DNA from: Lingula anatina
Lineage: Eukaryota > Animalia > Brachiopoda
Length of the DNA: 64,000 nucleotides
Assembly: GCA_051362555.1 (NCBI GenBank)
Contig: CM120645.1
Span: forward strand, 5,084,001 to 5,148,000
Direction of reading: 5' to 3'
A model generated the notes under the pieces. It did not search any database. It saw nothing but the letters and a program-made list of their open reading frames with translations, and was not told where the DNA came from. The number at the start of each line of letters is the position of its first letter. The stretch's first letter is position 1. This document shows positions 14,901 through 27,633 of the stretch, one piece after another. The position numbers and the translations under genes were made by a program.

Positions 14901-17900
14901 CTATCATTTTTAACATAATTATATCATATTTATGATGCAGTTTCTCAGCAATGTGACCCCCTGTTTTCCAGAACATTCCAGAGTTCCTAAAGCCTTACTG
15001 TACAACGGGGGACAACCTGGAGGTGGCCTGCAGACACAGGGTGGTCCTCTGTACCTGTATCACGGCAGGACTCCTGAACACTGTGGGACTTAAAAGTGGT
15101 CACTTCACACACGCATTTATTGACGAGGTAACAGGGACTTTGCTGATAGTTCTTGTATTGAACGTGGTGCTTTAAGAGAACTAAAGAGTAGCCTGCTTTT
15201 TGATTTTGTTGCTCCCGCTCAAATTATGGATTAAAAAATACAGTATCTGTAAAATTCACTATTTCCCCCACATTGAAAAGATGAAAGTAGTTACCATATA
15301 TCACACCATATAACTGTCTTCATACAGGCTGGCCAGGCCACGGAGCCGGAGTGTGCTGTACCAATGAACCTGATGGTGGGGGAGGATTCTCAGGTCAGGG
15401 TCTCCTTAAAGCAAAGCATCGTAAATTATATGTTTACAGTATCACAGTCACATCAATTTTCCCCCTTTTCTTTAATGCCAAATTATGTTTGTAAATTTCT
15501 CTTTGAATTTCTTGTTTTATTTATCTGGGTCTATCATTTTATAATGCCAGGCCACTTTTTATGTTTGATTAATAATAAAATACAATTGATTGGAATTTTT
15601 AAGGGGTCACACTTGTCAGAAAACATCAGGTTAACAATGAAACTATTGACAAACCAAGTTCTGTCATCTTGATGATCTTGGTAATCTAGACAGTTTTTAT
15701 TACAAGCCACACCTGCTTTCTGTTTGTCTCTTTTTCCTCTGTAATTTTTTTCCAATTTGAAAATTTTCAGATTGTGCTAGCAGGAGACCCCATGCAGTTA
15801 GGCCCAGTTCTTAAGTCCCGCCATTCTATGACGTATGGCCTCCAGTATTCATTCTTAGAGAGATTAATGGACAGCCCACTCTATGCTCGGGACACGGTCA
15901 GATTTGCTGACCATGGCAATTATGACCCTTTACTGGTAAGAAGGTGTTTGCTGCATCACTTATATCCTGGTGGAAGTTGTTGCTTTTGTTAGAGTGTATT
16001 TGTGTTATAGTAATGATTGTACTAATAATGAATATTAATATTATTATAAGTAGTAAAAGTATAACTGTAGTGTTTTTAATGACAAATTATTACAGCTATG
16101 TTTATGGGATGGAATAAGCCCAGTGATGTACTTTCATATTTTCAAAATGTTTACAAGTTTTTTGTCTGTTTTCAGGTGACCAAACTGATACATAACTACA
16201 GATCTCATTCAAAACTGCTACAGCTGCCCTCAGAACTGTTTTACCACGGTGAGCTCAGAGAGTGTGGCAGCACCTCTGTGACCCACTGTATGTGTGGCTG
16301 GGACAGGTTGCCCAATAAAGATGTTCCAATTATATTCCATGGATTGAGGGTAAGGAGAAAACGAAGGCAGAACCCAGTACTGTGTGCACGTTAAACTTTA
16401 CAGACCAGAGGTCTCTTGGTCTAGACTGGTAGGACTTACAAAACTACCAGTCAGGATGAAAACAAAGTGGTTTGGTCATGAGATCTTTAGATAAATTAAT
16501 AAAAAACAGTCTAAAACTAAAATTAAATGCTAAAATTCCTACAAGTCCAGTTGTACTGTCAAGTATATGGGAATTTTGAAAATCCAATTTTTTTCCTAAT
16601 TGACACTAACTACACTAGACCATTGCCTCAGACCCGCATCTGATCTTGCCAAGTCTTTTTTTCTTCAACATTTGCCCTGGTATATACACACAAGACTTGT
16701 TAGCAAGGTCCACTCATGCTTTGCACTGACTCATCTATAACTAACAAGATATAAGCTTGCTCTTTATGTATTGATATGGTTGTTTTCCAGGGAGAAGACT
16801 TACGAGAAGGTAACAGTCCATCCTGGTTTAACCCAGTGGAAGCTGTACAGGTGATGAAATACCTGCAGGCTTTGGTGAACAACCCGCGGTGTGCAATAAC
16901 ATTTGATGATATAGGAATCATAACTCCTTACAGAAAACAGGTATGGGAATATTATTATTATTATATAAAATCAGCTACTAAATTACATATATTTCCTGTA
17001 GAATTAAAAAAAATTAAATACTGTATTTTGTTATTTTTTTGCAAAAAGAAAAAAGTCCATTTCAAACTTTTTCATGCAGATATTCTTGTTGGCTTGTGCA
17101 CAAGATATATTTCAGTTCTCTTTTGTTCTTCACTATTTAGTTACCTACAGAGAAAAGTTAAAATTGTTATGTTGATATGTTGCAGGTGGAGAAAATCCGG
17201 CTATTGATTGACAAGTTGGGGATGGAGAAAGTGAAAGTTGGAAGTGTGGAAGAGTTTCAGGGACAAGAAAGACGTGTTATTATCATCTCCACGGTAACTA
17301 GCCATTACTGATTTTGGGCCTTAGCTGTTGTTAACACCAAGACTCGTATATTATTAATAGTCACTGTAGTTCAATTTCTCCAGATAGTGCTATGCGTTAT
17401 TTTGTTGTGAAAGAAAATTTAACATGTGCAATAATGATAATATTTTACCAAATATCTTATTCTGGGCGTATAGATCAAACCTGGTAAATTGATTATGAAA
17501 TGTGACATACTTATCCATTTGTATAGTCATTGATATCAACCATATGCTAATCTATATATATATTTATTTATCTATTTATGTCTGTTCTATGTTATAGTTA
17601 CTAGTATTGTTATTGATTGTACCTTTATGTGAAGGTGTTTGTCAATAAAGAATCTGAATCTTCTTGTACATAGATCTGAAGTGTCTACCACAATTTCATT
17701 GTTTGCAGTCAACTTTTAGGACTTTGGGGATATTTTGTTTGTCATGTCTGTGATGATATTAAAATATGGAAAATAAAGTATGGGAAGTAAATCTTGAATT
17801 GGCCCTTTGCAAATTTATTTGTTTCACTTCAGTTCATTTAATTTCATTTGTATTATATTTAATGAGATTGCATGCGTTTGTCAACCAGGTGAGATCCAAT

Positions 17901-20900
17901 GAGTCACAGATGAGCTTTGACCGCAGGTTTAACCTGGGGTTCCTTAGCAACCCAAAACGCTTCAATGTGGCCATTACTAGGGCCCAGTCCCTGCTGATAG
18001 TGTGTGGAAATCCCCACGTTCTAGCTCAGGTAAGACAGGACCATTGAATCCAAATGTATTTATTTATTTATTTATTTATTTATTTACAATAAAATATTTA
18101 TTCACTGATTACTGCTGTACTTGAAATAATATTTTGATACAGTGACTGTGTGTTAACTAATTATAATATTCATGAACAAACATGTGTCCAAAACGGGTGT
18201 GGCAGTGTTCTGAAGAGAAATTCAATGTCTATTTCCCAGTAGCTATACTACAACAAGAGGAGATTGAAAATCAGAAACTTATATAGTTTGATACTAATAT
18301 ATTAGTCACGTATCAGCTTACAGTCAACAGCTCTTAGTATTGCTTCCTGTAAATATATCATCAATTTTGTGGTGTGTAATTACCTCTTACCATGGAAAAT
18401 CAAGTATGTGTGAAGAATCTTTCTAATCTATGCAAAAAAATTATAAACCTTATTGAGAAATAATGCACAAGTTGTATCAAAACATATGTCAAACATTTCT
18501 TTGAAAACAAGTCAAAATGAATATAATCTGGCCCTGATATTATTCCATTTAGTAAAATGCAGAGGTCGGGTAAGCAGTAAAACTTCTGAATGATGGTGTT
18601 GACAAATTGCTAGGTTCCCCAGTTTTTGATCTCGGCTACATCCATATTGTTTGACAACAGCTTAGTCTGCTGCACAGAAAAATGGGCATCTCCCTCATAT
18701 TTATTAATTAAATACATGTAACAGTAACTGCTGCTAGTTCGATGGGACTTGTAAAATTTAACATGGTTGTTTTTTCATTTAATTTATCGATATGTATAGT
18801 CTTCATACTGTCTAATTAATTTTGATTTCAGGCCCATAGCTAGGAAAGTTTGGGGGGAGGGGGTGAATGAACTGCTGGGAAAAATTTGATCTGCATAAGC
18901 AAAGGTTTCATGGTAAAAACCCTACTTTTTCAGAAAAAAGAACTCTTCTGTAAGATGTCTGGCTTCGGACCTAGATTAAGAGAAAATCAGAGTACTGAAG
19001 TATTTTTATTGGGTTTGATAGTGGGCTGAACAAAACATCCATTTGTTAAATGGCAATCAACCACCCAGTGTCCTGTCAGTAGGTGTTCATTTATCATTTA
19101 TTTGGCACATCGAGTGATGAAGCAAATGTATAATAAAAGGTTATGATAATAATCCTGCCTTAAAGTAATGAACCATTTGGATATTATAGCGATAAAAACA
19201 TTTGCACAGTTATGATTTCTTGGAAGGGGGTGACTTCATTAATGGAAACTGTTGCTGAGATAAAAGTGTTTTCGGTCTGTATCATCCATCGTTCAGTGAT
19301 CAAACATTAACACAGGATTTGATTTTCCGACTATCAACGAATTTCTGACTTTGTGGAAGCCAAAATAAATCATAAGCCTAGGCATAATATAAATTGATGA
19401 CATAACAAAATATGACGTAACAAAATTGATGTCTGGGTCCATTTACTTAAATCATGCTATTGATCAGAGAGCTTTTATAAGTCAGGTGAAGATGGTGATT
19501 GATGGATAGAGAACTAGGATATATTAGAATAGTGTCCTTTTTCAGTTTTGTTGCTAGCTCAGAGTGCTTACTAGCAGGTTCTGATCAGTGAATATTTGGT
19601 AATTATAAATGTGATTTGTGTCAGTTCTGATGTCTGAGAAATTAGGAGATGGGGCAATATATTATACGCTCACACATGCAAACAATCACAGAATGAGAGA
19701 AAGAGGGAGAGTGGTCAGCATAGCCACATGATAGTTACCATTAACTACTTACAGAAACGTAATCACATCAGAGACAGAAATATGGAAGAGCATGACTAAA
19801 TGATGGACCTATTTCAAGGATGAATATGCCTTCCTCAGATTTTCTACCAGAAGTGGATTATAATATCTTCGGGCCTTATTTTGAGTTCTCAGCAGCGGAA
19901 GCGTACACGTAACAAGTTAGATGAATTTGAAATGATAAGTGTTTAACCTGGACTTCGGTGGACCAAGTAGCTGAGTAGTTACTTAAAATGGAAACGTATT
20001 TTGACTCTCTTCCAGACATTTTTACCATAATAAACTTCATCATAATTTCTATAGGCATCATTGGCAATCTGCTTGTTTTGTTGATAATTATCTGCAGAAA
20101 AACTACAAGAACAAAGATGTACATTCTCATAGGGAACCTGGCTGTGGCAGACCTTTCTTTTCTAGCTCAACAAATGGTAGTCTTTGTCACAAAAATTCCA
20201 GAAAAAATATATTTTCTATATAACTACATGACATTTGTGACAGTCACTGTAAGCATCCACACATTGGTGCTTCTAGCTCTGGACAAGTTCATGTCACTTG
20301 TGCTGGTCTATACTTCTAGAGTATTTAAGACCACGAGAAACCTCTTCATCACTGTGGTACTGTTGTGGGCTGTTTCAATAGTGGCTTTTTATATGCCTGT
20401 TACCATCTTCTTTGACAGTCACCCAGGATTTGTCCATCAAAACGGTCCATACATGACCAGAAATCTCACGTTTGATATTGATACAACACCATACAGAATA
20501 ACCCTGGCTTGCTTCTTTGTGTTTGACTTCATGCTCCCTCTTATTACGATGACTGTTATGTATTCGATGGTCATCCATCAGTTATTGTGCAAGGACAGGC
20601 CTAACCCTGGGAACAGCTCGGCTGAGATGAAGGTCGTTAAAGACAAACAGAGACTCACTGTTGTAATGATGATTGTAACCATTGTATTTGTCGTCTGTTG
20701 GTTCCCGAAGTGGGTTAATTTTTACTTTCTGTTTTTCACAGACGTGGATGACAGAAATGAATCATACATGCTTTTTTTAAAATTTACTCATTTATTAGTG
20801 GTCATAAACAGTGCCATTAACCCCATACTATATGCGTTTATATACGTGGACTTCAGGAGGGGTGTGACTGTGCCTGTTAACTTTATGAGGAAGCTTTGTT

Positions 20901-22045
20901 GTAACAAATAATTATATCACGATGCTAAGTAAATATGAAGTTTACACGAATTCAGTTTGTCATTGAGTGTTTTTATGAATACGTCAATTGTCAGTTATGT
21001 CAATTTGCATTCAGTTTAGGTTGCATGTTTTTATGACTACTCCAATCATTACAAATAGATGTTTTAGAGTTCTGATTCCCCATGGAATATTGTAAAATAT
21101 ATATGAATGTATTGGATGTGTGCATTTGAACACAATTGTGTAATTCAGTGTTTCTGAGTTTTAGCACAGTAAAATCAGCATCCATTATATACAGTGGTGT
21201 TTCTCATTGATTAATTGTATAATTTATACAGTTATAGGCACACAATGCTTGCTAGACTTTTACCAAAATGATCATGGAAGTTTTCCCTTTTATCACCAAC
21301 ATATACCCTAGTTATAACAGTGAAAACAATTATAATCTACAATGATCCCATTTTTAGTTTTAAATTATAATTCATGATATGTTGTGCCACAAAAAATAAA
21401 ATTCTTCAGTTTCCATCTGCATTCTGAGAGTGACTCAAAAATCATAAACTTACTAGATACAACTCAAAATTGGGTGTATGGCTTAATTGTAATTATGTGA
21501 ATGGTTTAGGAAATGTACTATAATACCAATTTGAAGGTGATAAATGCAAAACTGTTGAGATTTCCAGGAAAATAAAAACATTTGCAACATAGGGGTCTAT
21601 TGCTCGTCATGTGTCTACAAGGGGGGGGGGGAGGTCAATTGCTGACCACAAGAATGTGGCTTGGGTGATAGTCCAAACTTTAAAGTGACCAGGCAATACA
21701 AAATGTATTGTAATATGTACCAAATTCAGGCCTTATAAACAATTATTGCTGTTCATTATACATTAAGTAAACATATATAATGAATGTCTTGTGTGTGTTA
21801 TTGTGTGTGTGTGTGTTAGTGTGTGTGTCTACAGATGTATTTTTGTTTGTCTTTTTGTGAATAAAAAAAAAAAAAAAAAAAAACAATTATTGCTGTTTGT
21901 AACTTGGAGCTAAAGATGTGTGATTGCAGTTGCCAAATTATTGACTGAACCTGGGTTTTGTGGTTTAGTTGTTTGTAAAAAATACTGCCTGCAAGCATGT
22001 TCCACATTATTACGTGTACTATGAACAATTTAACCAACTTTCATC

Positions 22046-22139
<94 letters not shown>

Positions 22140-22955
22140 TTCTCAACAGTGAATTAATAAAAAAAAAAGGGAGAAATGCCATTTTGGTAGTCTCTGGCAC
22201 ATAAGAAAATGCAGAATATGCAGGTGTGTGTGTTGCAATAAAATACATGAACCTCAGTAGAGGAGTAAAGGAAAGCCACTCCTTTAGCTCAGTCACATGA
22301 TATCGCAGTAAGGTTGCCTTTTGTTGGTATTTTGTGTTTAAAGATAATTAATTTTCTTTCTTTGAAGGATGAACACTGGTTGTCCTTGCTGTCCTACTGT
22401 GTGGAGCATGGAGCCTATGTAGGGTGTAACTTGCCAGATCTACCCCAGCTTCAGTCCAGGGTGACAGTGGAGAGTAACACTAATGAATGTCAAGCCTCAG
22501 ATGTCCTTTTGGACAGAGACACAGAGCAAACATCATCAAATGAAAATTTAAACAAGACCCAGCAGAAGTCGTCAACTGAAGTCAGGAATAAAGCATGTGG
22601 AGAGTTGAATGAGCATTCAGTCACAGAGCCACAATTAATATATGTAACTGCAAAAACTGCCAATGTGACTGTAAATCCTGACCCAGACAAGGAGAAGATT
22701 TCAAAAGATTTGCTTCAGGAAAAGGAAGTTGCAGTGGATTCTGATGGAGACCTGGGGGTGTCAGATAAAAAGCAAAACACAAACTCGTCAGATCAGATTG
22801 ATTTGGCTTCCAAGGTACACAAAAGTAGAGAGGCTCCGCAAGTAGTTTATATGACTTTTGAGGAAATTGGCAACAGTTTATCAGACAGTGGAGAAGTGGA
22901 CTCTGATTTAGATGTTATAATAGAGTCTTCCTCAGAGGAGGAAATTGAAGAATAA
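8980..22955 (+). CDS. MOV10L1: RNA helicase MOV10-like 1 (armitage; SF1 Upf1-like, piRNA pathway), ~18 coding exons
   Basis: Exon 1 has three OB/S1-like repeats ([38 protein letters not shown]); [20 protein letters not shown]; Walker A GPPG|TGKT split by intron 13490-13878; CAPSNSATD; DE|AGQ; [10 protein letters not shown]; NYRSH; SWFNPVEA; IITPYRKQ; [10 protein letters not shown]; RFNVAITRA; last exon 22368-22955 [11 protein letters not shown] plus acidic tail. Confidence 0.93.
11890..12150 (+). mobile_element. Possible degraded SINE-like insertion in MOV10L1 intron
   Basis: GC-richer island with tRNA-like head (degenerate B-box-like gagtttgattct) followed by core-like sequence (gggattaagctccccatggagatgag). 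Confidence 0.3.
19988..20911 (+). CDS. Intronless class A (rhodopsin-like) GPCR, peptide-receptor-like, nested in MOV10L1 last intron
   Basis: 307 aa, 7 hydrophobic segments; TM1 GN, TM2 NLAVAD, TM3 LALDKF (DRY position), TM4 W, TM5 FMLP, TM6 FVVCWFP, TM7 [10 protein letters not shown]-terminal CC. Confidence 0.92.
   Translation: METYFDSLPDIFTIINFIIISIGIIGNLLVLLIIICRKTTRTKMYILIGNLAVADLSFLAQQMVVFVTKIPEKIYFLYNYMTFVTVTVSIHTLVLLALDKFMSLVLVYTSRVFKTTRNLFITVVLLWAVSIVAFYMPVTIFFDSHPGFVHQNGPYMTRNLTFDIDTTPYRITLACFFVFDFMLPLITMTVMYSMVIHQLLCKDRPNPGNSSAEMKVVKDKQRLTVVMMIVTIVFVVCWFPKWVNFYFLFFTDVDDRNESYMLFLKFTHLLVVINSAINPILYAFIYVDFRRGVTVPVNFMRKLCCNK
22050..22136. repeat. Compound microsatellite (CT)n(AT)n
   Basis: Directly visible. 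Confidence 0.95.
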
Positions 22956-23167
22956 GGGATCTGCTTCTGAGATATGGCATGAAGTAATTAGTCACTGAGT
23001 ATACTATTCAGTGTATTGAGAAATAAGAGAATTCTTATCTGAGTAAGAAAATTATAAATTTAAAGTAGATGGTTAGTTACATTGCAATTTTGTAACCATA
23101 TTTTTTAAGTTGTATTTGAGAACAGCTTGTATACAATTTTGGTTACATGCAAGCATTTTTTTTTTTC

Positions 23168-23179
23168 ATTTTATTTATT

Positions 23180-23258
<79 letters not shown>
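23168..23258. repeat. Microsatellite (TTTA)n(TTA)n in MOV10L1 3' region
   Basis: Directly visible. Confidence 0.95.
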
Positions 23259-23264
<6 letters not shown>

Positions 23265-24204
23265 TTTGTTTTGTTTTAAAGAAAGCATCTTTTTTAGCAA
23301 AACTTTTTACACTTTCTTTGAGAGGAAAAATTTGAATCATCTGGAATTAAAGTCAGTATGAACATTTTTAAAGTCAACATAAAGCTTAATTTAGCAATGT
23401 GAAGAATGTTTTATGTGGCTTAATTATTAGTTAGAAAATAAATAATAATTTGATATATACTGCAATCATGTAATTACAGTGATTAAAACCAAAGGCAAAT
23501 TTGCCCACATATGCTCTTTTGTTTTTTCATCTCCTTTCTTTCCACCATAATCACTGATGTACAGCATGATAGGTACAAGAATCTCATTTTGCAGTGAACT
23601 TTGATACTAGATAAGTTTTAGACCTTGTTTTATATAGTTAAGTAGTATAATTACCTAGTCTGTTAGTAATTACAAGATAAAGTTGAAATTTTATGGAGAA
23701 AATGCCCTTTTTTCTGTATTTCTCATAGAAAAGTCAGTTTTAAGAACTTATGAGATGTGTATAGTTTAATATCAGGAGCTGGAATGTAATTACCAAGCCT
23801 GTTCCAGAATAACAGATTAGATTTTTTTAAAAATCAAAGTGTGTCATATTAAATTTCAATAAATGTTTATTTTGTTAATTTTACATTGTGTTTTGATTTA
23901 TTACAATATTTACCAATGAGATAATTCACCTTGTATTTACAAAAAAAAATCACCCGTTGAGAAATCACAGGCAGCGGCAGACTACTCGCAAATCATAGTT
24001 ATGCAAAGAGTACTTTTGATCAACATGCTTATACAACAATTTGTCATCAAATTGAAAGAAGACCAAAAATAAAATCGGTTCTAAAAGATAGGTATAGGTG
24101 ATTATGCGGACGTTCTGCAACATTGTGCTAGTTGTGATTGCACAATGAGAGCAGGATTGAGAAAATATCGCAAAATCTCGAGTTTCCCCCTTTCGAGATC
24201 AGAT

Positions 24205-26703
24205 ATGGCGACCTCCAGGATGGTGTTGGCAGCTCTCGCAATTTTGGCAGTTTTGCCGGTCTTTACCTCAGGTATGTTTAAGTGTATTATTACAGAAACT
24301 ACTTCAAGAAACAGTGAGCAAAGATTGACCAAACATAATGACAATAAGGGCACAGTTTGCTTATATAGGGCCCTCAAAACATGCCGGTTGTGTGACGTGG
24401 CACGCAGTTGGGTCCAGCCAAACACAAAAAACTGATAGTATTTCACCGTCAGTTATTACCTAAGGATTCCACAAGGGTTATGAGTATATTTAACTGTAAA
24501 CGTCTCCATTCGTAACTCTATTAATTGTAAGATGAGAGTGAGACGCTTCATGTCAACTAAACTATCTATGGTTCTGCTTTTGGCATTGTCGTCAATGGAA
24601 GTAGCATTTGGTTTTAACAAAGTAAGTTAATTGTTACTACATACGCACAACTTTATCACAATTTTAACGGAAATCACTGCCACATGAACTTCTTTTTCCT
24701 CCACAAATTGAGTCACTACGAATTGAACTTCTTTAGAGTCGAAGTGTATAGGGGTTTGGTGAATCATGTAAAAGTCTGTGCAAACAGTTTGCCAACAACT
24801 GTTGTGTTTATTAATCTTTTTGTTTTGATTTTCTTCCAGGGGACACTTGCCTCCGCCCATCTGTTGTATCACAGACTTATACAAGCAGTGAAGCAATGAT
24901 GGCAACAGAGACTGTAGTTATTGTGGAGTTTACTCTGACGTGTGCCAATAACTTGAAGGTATAAGACATAACATTACACTACATTCTTCTCTGTTATCAA
25001 TTGTTTTAATAAGGAACAAGGAGGAGTTAAGATTTAGAAAAATTCTTTTGTATTCCTATGTCTGCACACAAAACAAGGGAAGATGTGAGCCCAGTGGACC
25101 AAACTTTGTGTTACAAACTTCATTTAAGATATGCAACCAGATAGGAGAGTGCTTTCTTTTAGCTACTTATATTTGCTGACTGTAATCAGTTTAAATGATA
25201 ATGAATTTGTTCTAGATTATATCTTAATGGTTATCATATGGTGTTTGCATATAGTTGTGCATAATGAGGAGATTTGAATTTAATTTTCTTACTGTAAGAA
25301 AATATTTATTATCCTGTATATTTTAGGATGTAAATTTATATGCTGAGATTAACGGCCGCACCCTACCAGCCACTAGAGGTCAAAATTCCAAGACATACCA
25401 GGTACGACCCAAGATCATGGAATTACTCCACATTCTGTCAAAAAAGACTAAAAACCTTGTATCATAAATATACTCTAGGTTTATATCTAATGATATGAGG
25501 GGTGTTTGAAAAGGATCTGTATTAAGTTTTTGGCAATTACTTTTATTTTATTTATTTATTTATTATTTTATTTATTATTATTATTTTTTTTTTTTGCTCA
25601 AACTCTTGTATTAAATTAGAGTTCAATATTGATTCTGAATTATAAATTGTTTATAATTTTCAAATAATTTTTTTCTTTATTATACAGGTGAGCTGGAGTG
25701 ATGACCACAAGAACATACCTGCTGGTACCTATACAGTCAGATTCTTTGATGAGGACAAGTATGCAGCTTTAAGAAAGGTATGCTTTGTAATCTATAAAAA
25801 TATGTGCCTTGTAATGCTGAAGGTGAAAGTGCAATATTTCATCTGTCAAAACACAAAATAACTGCATTTTTAAATTTTGAAGATCTTTGAACTTGCCTAC
25901 AACAAGGATGCAACTTGCCTACAGCTAGGATCTATTAAGTGATTATTGTTGCCAACTTGCCATGTTTATATTTTGACCCAAGAGACTGTTTTTGAAATTT
26001 GTTTTTGAGCAGTTTAAAAGAATCCGGATACAATGTTTTTTAAATGTGATCTTCTTTCTGAAACTGATTGCAGTTAAATAGTTACACTTGCTTAAAAGTT
26101 TTCATTCTTATCTTGTTCGATAAAATACAATAAAACTAAAAGCGGGATGCGAGCAGTCATTCAGTTTGTTATGTTTCCATTATTTTCATTTCAAGGCCCA
26201 GAGAAGTGGAGACAACACTGCTGATATTGAACCACTCTTCACCATTGATGTCAACCACAAGGTTGGTAAACATTGGTTGTCCACTTTTAAGTTCAGATTA
26301 TACTTTACAGAATATGTTTTTCCAGGCATGGAAAAGCAAAGTGTGAAGATATTAGGTTTCTTTATGAAATACTTGAATTAAATACATTTTAGAAGAAAAA
26401 GTGCAAAATAAATCACAATATAAGGTAAAATAATAATTTTTCACTGTCTCTCGGGTAATTATTGTAAATTAGTAAATCATTTGTAATATGGCTAAACATG
26501 TTAAAACTTTTCTTCCTTCAATTCCTTTCACCAGTATGGCAGATATTTTGGATGTTCTGACCATTTTATACTTACTGTGTCATTTTACCATATTTCAGGG
26601 CACCTACAGTGGACCATTTATTCAAGCAGAAGCCTTGGCCACCTGTGTTGCTATTCTAGTATGGTACCTGGCATACAGCACCAAAAGCAACCTCCAGTCA
26701 TAA
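24205..26703 (+). CDS. SSR4: Translocon-associated protein subunit delta (TRAP-delta), 6 exons
   Basis: Exons 24205-24271 (signal peptide), 24840-24958, 25327-25401, 25688-25777 (VSWS...[18 protein letters not shown]), 26196-26261 (AQRSGD...PLFTIDVNH), 26599-26703 ([14 protein letters not shown]...TM...KSNLQS stop). Confidence 0.95.
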
Positions 26704-27633
26704 CAAAAACTAAAACATAAATAGACTGTAAGACTATGTTAAAATTAAAAACTTTGCAATTCAGATTTTTATATTGAGCAGCTCTTTTGTAGGACTTCAA
26801 AATGTACCATTAAATGTTGTAAATTCTTGCTTAATATTTGTAAGGCATTTCATTTGAATATCTTGACTTTTTCCTACCAGTGCACAATGCCGTAAAATCA
26901 GTCACGAGTATTTGAGTATTTAAATTTATACATTATTTCACAGACGTAAAGAAAAAAACTGTGTTGTAATCCACATTCCCAGATATACACACAATTTACT
27001 AATGTAAGAAATACATAAAATTACAATAAAAATTTGTAAAATCTTTTTGAATTTATTTTTGTTCTCCATTGTCAATGCAGTAAATTCTTGTGAAGAAGCA
27101 CCAATTTTGCATGTTCCAACACCTGGTCCAGTTAATAGTAGATTTTAAAAGATAATTAAATTATTAGTATTATATTACTATAACAATATCCTAGTATCTA
27201 ATTACAAGCCAACAAAAAATGAACTACAGAAATAACCAAATCCAAATTTTTGTATAATTTGTAATAATGCACAACTTGAGGAAATATTCTTGATGATCCC
27301 TGAAATGATACATGCTGAAACAAATGGCATTTCTAAAAAAATACCCTCTTCAATTTTTTTTCCTGTAATCTAAAATTAGTACAAAGATAATTCAAGTCCA
27401 AGTTGTGCAGAATTCTGAATACAAGCGGCAAAATTGAGAGCTTTTTAAAATAAAAATTTGAGCAGTATGAGTATTCTCATCGTTATTCGTTTTCAGCCCC
27501 CCCCCCCCACTAACACCTAAAGCCCATCCATAGAATCTGATGCCAATTATAAAATTTCTTTCACTTACAATTTAAAAAATTGATCCCAAAATAAACCTAC
27601 CAATTTTCCAAAAGCTTTTTTGATAAATTCTTA

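Noticed and set aside
23147-23335. Poly-Ile ORF
   Set aside because: Translation of the (TTA)n microsatellite
24102-24446. Antisense 114-aa ORF and ATG 24145 extension over SSR4 exon 1
   Set aside because: No recognisable motifs; ATG 24205 gives a normal signal peptide
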